Source: Perna viridis
Taxonomy: Eukaryota
Assembly (NCBI GenBank): GCA_037379345.1
Contig: CM074512.1
Span: 69,957,597 to 70,021,596 of the forward strand
Direction of reading: 5' to 3'
DNA: 64,000 nucleotides
How positions within the stretch are numbered: the stretch's first letter is position 1; each line of letters starts with the position of its first letter. Positions 13,401 through 25,400 of the stretch are shown piece by piece. A model generated the notes under the pieces. That model saw only the letters and a list, made by a program, of their open reading frames with translations. It was not told where the DNA came from and made no database searches. The translations under genes and the position numbers were made by a program.

Positions 13401-16400
13401 ATATATTCTGTTATTGTGTTATCAACAAAAATACTACGGATTTCTTTTTGGAGTTGAGTGTTTTAGAATGACAGCAAAATTGTGTGTCAAAAGTGCTTAG
13501 TTATCCCCATAAGAATTGTGTCCAATATGATTCGTGTGTACACATTTGTTCCCAAATGTACAGGGTTCAAGAGGCTACAGGGGTTATTATTCCTATTAGG
13601 GGCAATGTCTAGTTCTCATTTGTCCCCTAGCTTTAATAGTAAGGATGTTGGTCCATGGTTGTAAAGCTGACTGACAATTAGCCTTTCTGTCTGAAATAAA
13701 ACAAAAACCTGGAACATTTGGGCTTGAATTTTTAAAAGGTATGCAAAGTAACCTTATCATACATTCATATTTCTTTCTTGACATAATTCAGAAATAAATT
13801 GAATAAATAGAATAGAAGTCCTGGGTTGGGTTCCTTAAGGCTAAAAAAACATAAAATTTAAATTGTTTATTGATGTTCTTATTGTCTTTTGTGTTTTTAT
13901 TACTTTTTTTATGAAGTACTTTTTTAAATGACACATAATCAGTACCTAGAGAAGATAAATATGTAGTTTTTTTTTCTCTGATATAAGTGTGGTAGGGGGT
14001 TGTTCATTTTATAAAGTGTTAGACAATTGTAAAAATGCCTGGATATTTAAGGAAGTCATTAAGGTTTATATTTGGTTATCTGATAACAATAGAGATTTAT
14101 TACATGTACATGTCTAGTGCATGCCATACATTTAATGTACTACCTGGTTAATTACAGTGAAAGCTGTTTTAACTTTTATCTTTTCACAACCAGATACATG
14201 TCTAAACCAACCATATTCTGAAAGCCATTTATTCATGGTACATTTAGTACATTTTAAATCTAAGTACATCATAAACATGCTTCAAATTAAGCAGTAGACT
14301 TGGGGCTTTGGAAGGAGTTCATGTAAAATTAAGCAGTAGACTTGGGCTTTGGAAGGAGTTCATGTAAAATTAAGCAGTAGACTTGGGCTTTGGAAGGAGT
14401 TCATGTAAAATTAAGCAGTAGACTTGGGCTTTGGAAGGAGTTCATGTAAAATTAAGCAGTAGACTTGGGGCTTTGGAAGGAGTTCATGTAAAATTAAGCA
14501 GTAGACTTGGGGCTTTGGAAGGAGTTCATGTAAAATTAAGCAGTAGACTTGGGCTTTGGAAGGAGTTCATGTAAAATTAAGCAGGTCGTTACAGAAATTC
14601 TTCAATAAAGTATATGATGTACTGTAGGAAATGAAGGTTGATCATTAGATGTAATATTGAGGAGTTTATTTCTTAGACTGGTTTGTAGGAAATATGTTAT
14701 ATTATTAACATGATTATGCAACAAGTAAAATGGATTTTCATTAAAAATTCAGGTATCTATTTACACAGATCTGATCTAGCTTTTTGAAGATATTCTATCA
14801 CTAAGTCCTTTGTTATTATCAAAGTCTAGTTTGTTAAGTGATAATCTATCAATTAAAGGAGATATAGAATGGAGTCTCTTTACATGAGTGAATGAAATGA
14901 TATCTATTTTCTCCTTGCATAATATGTTAGGTATTTTGTCATGTTATGGTTTAATCTAGCCTAAGTTGGCTATAAATATATATACATATACATTACAATG
15001 TATTACCTAATTTTGAATGCATGTTACCAGTATAGTAATCGAAAAAAAATTAATCTGAGAAGTAACATGTAATTGAGTCAATCTAGAAGAGATGTTCATC
15101 ACTAAAAATGGAAGAATCGAAGGATTTTTGTTTTGCTTAAGTCTTTTAATTATGATTTGTTGTAATTATTACGGGAAAATAACATCCACAATTTTGTACA
15201 TTGTCATTGTCGACGTTACAGGCATAAATAAGATTCAGCAGATGGCAATAAACGTTCATTGAAGTTAGGAATTGTTCAATATTCTTTCGATTAGTTCAAT
15301 GTATTAACCATAAAACTAAATACCCATACGAGGTTTGGAAATTAAACATCGATTCTTAAGGAGTGGTACTTGTAAATTTGAAAAATGAACTCCCTCATAC
15401 ATACTATTGTGATGTCACATATTGCATGTTGACACTTTCCAATGCCCATTGAAGAACATTTGATATGTTGATTGATTTTAAGTCAAAAATTGAAAACATG
15501 TACATGTTGGGTCCTTTGGGAGAGAAAGCTGTCTGTTTTTTTTTCCTGTCAAATTTGAATTAAGCCATGGATATTGTCTAGATGATTGGAAGTTGCTTCT
15601 CTGATTGATATTTTGGCAATGACCACAGACTTGATGGAAACAGGATTTCGTGTCAAAGATTCAACAACCTTTGAAACTATGCACAATTGTTTAATACCAT
15701 GAACTGCAGGTTAAGGTCAATTTTCAGCAAAATAAAAAATATAGTTTTGAGTTGGGCCATTTTGGACATTTTGCCATCCCCCTTTTTTCAGTATTGCATG
15801 GTGGGGTGTTCCATCAATGCCCTTTGATCTACTGTGAAGATGAGAATTATATGTTACATGTAATGATACATGTACATTGAATAATATTTTTATTTGAAGG
15901 TTGATATATGGAGTATAATGATACACTGATGTTTTTTTTTATTTGCAGGCTGATATATGGAGTGTAATGATACATTGATGTTTATTTAAATTGCATGCTG
16001 ATATATGGAGTGTAATGATATATTGATGTTTTTATTTGCAGGCTGATACATGGTGTGTATCTATGGCTGGTATAGGAAGTGTAATGACACATTGATGTTT
16101 TTTTATTTGAAGGCTGATCTATGGAGTGTAATAATACATTGGTGTTATTTATTTGCAGGCTGATATATTTTGTGTAATTATACAGTGATGTTTTTTATTT
16201 GCAGGCTGATATATGGAGCTTAGGTATTACGGCCATAGAACTGGCCAAAGGTGAACCACCAAACTCAGAACTTCATCCGATGCGGGTATTATTTCTCATT
16301 CCAAAAAACCCTCCTCCCCAGCTGTCGGGCAACTACTCAAGGTTTTTTAAAGAATTTGTAGAGCTTTGTTTGAATAAGGAGCCTGCAAATGTAAGTTATT

Positions 16401-19400
16401 ATTATGTTTAGAATGCTCTATAATTATGCTTCTTGATTGAAAGCCAATTTGAGGAAAGTTTTCCTGTATAGCAGGAAATTTTAACAGAATATATATCTTA
16501 AATGAGAATATCAGAATTGATTTTGCAGAATACTGTCAATTTGGGAATTACCATGCTATTTCTGTTGTAAAAAAAATGGGTTGAAAATGCAGTACATGAA
16601 AGTAAACATCACATTTTGGAATTTTTTATGAATAAAGCAGGAGTTGAATCAATATTGCAAAAAATTGAAATTACTTATTTTGACACCAACGACTAAATAG
16701 TAATTGTAAATGATTATGAATTAATCCTTTTCATTCAAACTACATGTATTTCTGTGGGATTTCAGTGAATTTCTTAGTTATGTTGTGTATAGAGGAAACT
16801 GTTTGAACAGACATGCTGTTGATGCCCCATACTATAAAGATGTAGAGGGTACAATCTTTTTACTGGTCATCAGCCAGTTTGTATGTCAGACCATTAATTT
16901 GTTATCACTCTATTGTCTCTTTGCCTTTTTACTTGTCTGATTTCCCACCAACTTAGATACACTGCTGGTAACCGTAGAAGCTTTGATGGAATTGATTGCC
17001 ACATAAATTCCTCGAGGCAGATCACATGCTAGGACTGAGCAGTGAAAGAAATTAGCAGTAGACCTATGAACCAAGTCTATGTAAAATCAAACAGGTCTAT
17101 GATGAAACTGGCTCAAGTTGCTTTAAAATGTACAGCGCTGTCTATGTAAAATTATGATGGGTCTATGTTGACAATAAATTCAGTTTCTAACACTGGACTG
17201 AGTGTCCAGGGGTTGAGGTGCCACATGCTAGGACTAACTGTCCAGAGGTTGTGGGACCACATGTTAGGACTGAGTGTCCCGGGGTTGTGGGACCGCATGA
17301 TAGAACTGAGTGACTAGGAATTGTGGGACCACATGATAGAATTGAGTGTGCAGGGGTTGTGGGACCACATGTTAGGACTGAGTGTCAGGAATTGTGGGAC
17401 CACATGATAGAATTGAGTGTGCAGGGGTTGTGGGACCACATGTTAGGACTTAATGTGCAGGGGTTGTGGGAACACATGTTAGGACTGAGTGTCCAGGAAT
17501 TGTGGGAACATGCTCACTGTTATTTAATATTCAATACTTCAATATTTTAAGTACAATGTACAATTCCTGTGTGAAAGTGTCAAATCCAAATTTTATTTTT
17601 CTTTTTCACAGAGACCAAGTGCCAAAGACTTATTAAAACATAGATTTATACAGAGAGCTAGGAAGACAACATATCTACAAGATTTAATAGACCGATACAA
17701 ACGATGGAAGTCAGAAAAACCCAACAATGGCGATTCTGATAGTGATGAAAGCGAGCCGTAGGTTTAGTTTTAGTAGTAGTAACAGATATTGATCAAGGAA
17801 CTTGCAACACCATAAAGAGCTGTAAACGCAGTAGAAAAAAAATATGAATGCTTGATGAATTGTTAGGTACTATAAGGCAATTATAAGTATCTAGAGGAAA
17901 ATAGTTAGTAATTTGTTACAATTTCTTCATAAAAATATCATAAGGTGAGAATTTCCTGAAGTCCTGTGTTTTTCCTCAAATCATCAATTTCAAGTGATCT
18001 GATTATTCAGAGTTTGAGTTTAGGAAGGACTTGAAGAAAATCTCAATTTGAGATGTTGATGAAACTGGATCATGTAGCTATATACACAGTGTTAAATGAA
18101 TTCTTCATAAATTTCAATTCATTATGAAACTTAATTTTTTATTCCCCTCCTCTCAAAAAGGTGTTTGGAATCTTTAGCAACCCTTAAATGTTTTCCTATT
18201 TGTCTCACTATCCTTCCACATACCTTGTAAGCATGACTCTTTCCAAACTGTTCCGTTGGTTTTGATGAAACTTAAAGCTGCATTAGCTGTTATTTTCATA
18301 ATTTTTTGTTTCTGTTGAAACATGCCTTAACTTCGAATTATTTCTACTAAATTGTACTTTTCCTGTATAACTTCATTTGATATCCACAAATAAAATGCAT
18401 TAAATGCATGAAATAGGTGTCTATGTATTTATTGTCATGGAAGCAAAAAATCGACTGAGATAAATTTGTATGCATGTGACTTCTGGTGATCTTAATCTGC
18501 ACATTTGCTGTAAGGGTCACTTCTTCAATAACAAATCTAATTGCAAAGCGAAAGTGGTTATTCAACGGCAAGGAAGACCAGCAGACTCAAGTGGTAAAAG
18601 AAAAAAATTTGAATATAATGCAAGGATCCTTTTGAAATTTTCGTATTGTGATATAATGTGGCATAAATATGGTTATTATCTGTTTAACTAATGAAGAAAC
18701 AGAGGAAATGAAATGAAAACAAGACACATGCTTACCTGTATATCTGTTATTGTTATTATTTTTTTTTTTTACCAAGGTTAAAGTATATTTAACCCAGGTT
18801 GAATGTCCTGTCAGCAATCTTTGGAAGTGATGGCAAAAAATAATTAGATCAGAGCTAATGATCTTCTCTGATTAAAAAACGTTGTTTTCACAATATTCTG
18901 TAGGTATTATTGGCATTTATTGCTTCCACTAGCATAAAAAATGAACAAATTTGGCAGCTAATGCAGCTTTAATATAATGGTTTGAATTTGTATGTTTTAT
19001 GCATGAAATATGAAAACATTTATGACGCTGGGATAAGGATAATCCAATATTTTTAAGGTCAACATGTTTGTAGAGTTCAAGTAGAAATTGAGAGTGTCCT
19101 TTTTGTGATACTGCTCACAGGTCCAATTGAAGATAAATAAAGCAAGATACTTTTACCTGTACTATCATGCTATTATCAGAGTAAAAATGTGCTTATTATG
19201 TCCTTTCCCCTCTCCCCACTTCGATTGGTAGTCATAGTGTTTTTGTCCTGTTTGTCACACTTTTGTGAGCACACTCTCTGGAAACTACTGCATTAAATGT
19301 TATGAAATTTTGTAGGTATTTAGAAGATGATATGTACCAGGAATTTATGATGCACTGTATTTTGTTGGAGTTTTTCCACTTTGAACTTCGGAACTAGAAA

Positions 19401-22400
19401 TTTTTGTAGGCAAAATGAACTTTAATTATTGAAATATTATTGTCTTATACTGCTCTGTATTTAACTTCTTTTTCTTACACTGTCCTATATTAAGTCGTTT
19501 TTTTTTGTACTGCCCTGTATTGTATACTACTCTGTCTTTAACTTGATTTTCTTGCATTGTCCTGTATTTAACTTGTTTATCCTACACTGCCCTGTCTATA
19601 AACTTGTTTTGATTCTGTCAACAGAGATGATGACAATGAGGATAATGTAGATACTGACTGGATAATGACAATAAAACAGGCTGACAATGATCTGAAGAAA
19701 CAGTTAATGAATGGCGATAAAACTCCTGATCAGGTACAGTATTCCACAGAACAAAGTTTAGTATTTATTCATAATTATACTGTGACAGAAGATTTAGTAC
19801 AATTTAATGCCCCTACAATCTTTACAACAAAGTCAGTGTCATTTCTTTTACTATTTTACACTCAGATGAATTTCAGTAATTTGAAAGTAAAAAAATTGTT
19901 TTTGTCAAAAATTGTATTTTTATTTTCTGAAAACTTATTTCCAGGAAGGAGAACTAAAGTGGTTTTGGGATTCATGTATTGCAAAGTTACTATGTTAGAA
20001 AACTTAGTATATATCATGCTTTTGTCACAGTTGGTATAAAATCAGAAAGATGTTGTTCATGTTCTTAAAACAATGTGTGATTGCTTTGAATGATAGGGCT
20101 ATGGTATATGCATGATGCTTTTATCATATGTAAAGGATTTGTGCATGGTAGTTTATACATAGAGATATGTGTTTGTTTTGCATATTGATACGACAGGAAA
20201 GAGGAAATTGGTTTTACAATGGACGAGTACCGGGAAAGGAATGTCAGGGATTCAATTTTATTGTTTAGCAAGTTAGCCAGTTGGACAAATCATCTAGATC
20301 TTGTGTTAGTTATGTCACCACAGGGATCTAGCAGATAAGGAGGAATCATGTGCAAACTCTAAATAATTTAAGATTATATGGAAATAAAGAATAGCATTTA
20401 AATATTTTGAATTAAGCAAGGTAGAACTGTTGTAGGTACAGAATCAACAGAAACGTCCTGCCCCTCCAGCACCCCCAAACAACCCTGTTATGCATGAGGA
20501 CAATGATGTAAGTCCTATGGAGTGCTGTGTAGTGTGGCTATATATAATTCTTTTATTATACATGCCATAGCTATTTCCTGGTTGTACTGTACTGCAGTTA
20601 ACTCCCGGAACAGTTTTTTTTTCTGTTATATTTTCCAGTGTATGTAAAGAATGTTTATTTCTGAATATAGCTGAAATATTACTGCTTGGGTGTTAACCCC
20701 CAAAAATCAATCAATCATGTTTCACTTTTCAATACGAAAATGTGTTCAGCTTGACTTCTGAGTAGACTCAAATTCTTTTACATGAAACTATGATTTTGGT
20801 ATGAATGTAAAGAAAATCAATTTAAAATTTGATGGTGTGATTGCAGTACACTAGTGTGCTACCATTAGCCCTTCTGTATAACAGGTTAAAATGACAGGTG
20901 TAATTTGGATTTATCAGGAAATTATTGCTTCAATATATGTAAGCATGTTTGGTTCTATAGGAATCAGGCTATAAATTCTTAAATGCATTGAGTAGACAGT
21001 TCAAGTCTGAATTTATTATTTGCTTTGAATGTAATTTGCAAAAATTTTCACCATGTGACAATAGCCTGTTGTATTGAATTTTAACCTCCAACACCTGATA
21101 CTTGCACTCTGGTTTTAATTTGGTACAGATTAGGCATCTTATAGAAAAGAAGCCAGAATTATTAAAGTGTGTTCTGATTCTCATGTATGAACACCTTTGC
21201 CAGTTAACACATCATGTATAAAAGCACATTCATTGGTGGTTTATGGGTAATAAAATTATTAACTTCCATGGTATTGTCATTCTTCAGTTATCATTTCCTT
21301 TGGCATATTTGTCAGTAATCTATATAGTTAGTGTATCTACCCTCAAAATCAAAATTTCACAAATTGTTTTTTTCTATCTATTCTGTCTCAATGTTAGCAA
21401 TACTCTATATTAATGTATGTATTATTATCCTTATGTATTTCTGAGATTGCTTAGATCCTCATTTTTAGCTTAATTGTCCTTTGTGGCAATTGGATACAAT
21501 GGACAGACTTAGTCATGACAACATTTTTGTTTAAACTTGCCGGCCAGAAATTCCACATTTCTGCCTACCTGTAAACTGGGCCAACTCTTTCAGGACCCAA
21601 CTATTTTTTATTGTTGGCTTTGTAAAACAGCCCTGCAAATTCCACCTTGAATGGGGACTTACCATGATTTTATGTTTTCATCTGTTCATTTGTCAGTGCA
21701 CTCTTCAGTACTTCATGAATGCAAGTCCACTTAAAATTTTGTTGAAACTTTGTAGAAAGGTAGATGTCATTGTTTACATTGTTTTTAGGGTAAATTTTAA
21801 TATGCCATGTATCCTTGTTGAAATGCCTCGCTGTCATTTTGATTCAACCAATTTTATGTGAGTCATGAGACATTTGTTTTGCATTGACATTTTATTGGTG
21901 GCTTTAAATATAAGATGACTTATTAATCTGCTTATGCTTGTTCTTTGAGGACAAAATATATGTTGTATGCAGAATGCTTAAACAGTTCAACACTCAATAG
22001 TTTTTTTTTTGCAGGTTCTCATAGTAAAAACAGTATTGCATGTATAATAGATATGTTAGAACTAGATGTTTCACATTTTGCTTTTGGTTGTATATTTAAA
22101 TAAATTTAGGGGTTCAAATTACATAAACAAAAAATTATGAGGATATTACCTCAGAGTCATAACTGTTGTATTATCTAAGTGAATAGATTAAACTAAGATT
22201 TTCAAGATGGTTAAAGCTACAAAAAAAAATGTCTTCCCTGCTATCCTACCTACCCTAGTTTTTTCGTGCCCACCCTAAACATCTGATGGCCATTTTGCTC
22301 AAGCACTGTAAAAATTTAGATTGTTTCCCCAATAACTCTATGTAAAATGTTAGAAATGTTTTTGAAAAATAAAACAATTTCCCTTCCTACCTACCTTATT

Positions 22401-25400
22401 TTTTTTCCAGTAGCAGGAAACAAGACTTAAATTTTTTGGGCCCAACCTTCTGAATTATTGATTTGAACCCCTGCTGCTGTCTATCATATCTCTATGGCAT
22501 TTTTTTTTTTCTGAGCATGATATGTGAAAGCATGGTCTATTTGTGTGTTACAGAACTATAACATTCATTCAAGAAAACCAGAAAGAATGGAAACACAGCC
22601 ATATAATCACCCAACTGTAAGTTTATCTATAGCCTTTGCTCTTTATACCCTCTTGACCTTTAACCCTAATGCTTGAAGAATTTGATTGGATAACCTTCTT
22701 TTATGTTATTTATAGCCTTGGGTCCATATGACCATGGAGGATGAGGAATAGTTCTTTTAGTATTAGAATCCATTGACATGCATGCATTTCATGAATTTAA
22801 CAGAGTTGTCTACTGAAAAACAGTTTTTAACATTTTTCTAGCTCACAGTTGTCTGTGATAATCCCCAGAAAACATAGCTTTCCTATTAAATCTATGTGTA
22901 ACTTATGTCTTTTGTCTTTTACTATTCATACTGAGTGATTTTAATTACACTAACACTATTTTGAGGTTTCTCTGTGGATAAGAACAGAGCTGACATTTTA
23001 AAAGATGTAGAATTATTTACTGATTGAAGGTTAAACTTGTTATTTTTGGTTGTTAGCCATAATCTTCAAGAGTTGTTCTTTGAATTGAAATCAGGAAGTG
23101 GAAAAGGGGGACTTTTATATCGGCCTTTTGGCATTTGTAGAAATTCGCACGTATGTGGACTTGTGAAATGGATTTTAATTTTTAGCCTCTTAAGGTTGAG
23201 CTGTTACTAAGTAACCAATCACAATAAGTAGGGAAAATTGAATTACTTAAAACTTCAATGTTATCTCATCTATATATCTCAGCGGGTTCCTTTCGGCCCG
23301 ATAATTCATGGACGCACTGAGTCAGCACCAGTGTTGAGTGATCATAGAGAAAACCTTGTAAGTTTTTACGTCTATATCTTATAAACACTTAGCACCTATG
23401 TATCTTCCTTGGCTTAGTTAATTTTCATTATGATATGTTACTGAGTTGACTTACCATAATTGTCTGTGGATGCTGGAGCATTTAAAGGCTTCAGGCTTTC
23501 GTTTTAAACATAATTGCTTATCCATATAACGATCTGAATTGTATCAGATATTTTGCTCAGCTTGTGCTTTGTGTGCTGTGTTTAAAGTTTTTTTAGATGA
23601 ATTTTCAGTGTCAAATAAATGGACAATAAGTCCCTCACTGAATTTTCATGCAATAGGAATAATACTTAAAGTTAGCTTGAGATTGTGGTACATTTCACTG
23701 AACACCAATATGTCATTGGAAGCTGCAGTCATTTTCACAAGCATTAAAAATATCTATATAAGCATAACAATATCTTATGTTAAAAAACAGAGATAGGCAA
23801 TGCTAACTTATTGTAATAATTGAAATGGTTTAAAAATCTTGCTTTTCTATAAAGATAAAAATCTTGTTTTGGAATTATATAATCTCATAATAATATATTA
23901 TTTTTGCATCAGTTTTTGTACATTTATATATTTTTCCCCTTATTGGAAAAAAAATGTTTTTTTTTTAATTAATAACTTTCTTTTGTGATTGACCAATGAT
24001 TATTGTATTTGGTACATGTATTACATCTTTGGGTGGTTTGTGATTTTTTTATAGCATTCTTTTTGTTGACATTGAATATTCATTAGTATTTTGTTATTTT
24101 ACATGAATATTCATAAGCATTTTGTTTAATGTTGACATGAATATTTATAAGCATTCTTTGTTATATTGCCATGAAAATATATTAGCATTCTCTTATTTTG
24201 ACAATAGGATTTGATGAGCTTTTGTGATGTGATGCTTGCTATTTACAGGGTGCTCCTATACATCAACGTAGTCATTCTGATGAAGTACAACCCCTACCAC
24301 CTTCATATTATTCTGTGTATCCTGCAAACTCCTCCAATCATGTTAATCGAGACCGAGTAAGTCTTCCAACACTGCTTTGATCTTGATTTTTTTTCGGAAA
24401 AATTGTCTTTTCCACTCACTCATAATGTTCAAATATCTACTAAAGTAAATTAGCACAAAGTGAACATTACAGAAAACTTAGTTGTTGTTTTTTTTTTGGA
24501 GGAATTTCCTTTTTCTATTGCACTGGTTCTAAAAATATGCATCACCATATAAAACATTGAAATGACTTTCGGGTACATGGCTATTACCATTCACATTTAG
24601 TGACAGACTAAGTATCCTGCATGATTGTTATGGCAAAGATATCAAATACCTTCAGAAAAATTTACACCAGAAATGGAATTAACACATAGAATGTACTAAA
24701 CTGACTGTTGCTAATGGGTGAATTTACTAGTAGTGTAGCCAAGTGTTGAAGGTTTGAGATTTATCTGTATACTAATGAAGTGAAATGTGTAATTTAAAAG
24801 AGCAAAGAGCTATTTCAGTGAAAAGATAAATTATTTAACCATGTATAGGGTTTAGGTCAGGGACTTTATCCTATATCTTGCAATCTGTCTCTTCCTTTGA
24901 CCACATCAGAATAAAGTGGTACTGTTCAAGCTCTTTCTTAAAAATATATGCATTTCTGTACACATACACCTGGCTTTCAATATTATACATACATGTACGT
25001 GTATGCTGAAAATCTGTAAAATATTTTACTGCTTATGAATAATATTGTTGTCTTTCTGTCTTCATTTAGCCTGTGTCACGTCCAAAATCTCAGTATGATA
25101 TACCCACCAATGTTCAACCAACTCCATACGGGGCAAACAAGGGCCCTGAATATGCTCAGTATAGACAAGTGAGTCAGGGGCCTGATGGTATAATGTATAT
25201 TTGATAAAACCCTTATATTACACATTTCTTCTAAGTATTAATCTTTTATATTTTACCTCTCACATATTATTTATTATTTAATCTAATATTTACTGGATGA
25301 ATTGTTGGTCATTTTTCTGATTTTCATTGAGACAATTTTGATGCTTGCTTGATTTGGCTGAAAATGACCACTCTTCATCAGAGCAACACACTAATGGCAT

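Noticed and set aside
14284-17512. CRISPR-like appearance of the 36-46-bp repeats
   Set aside because: Units are head to tail without unique spacers, there are no cas genes, and the context is a eukaryotic intron.
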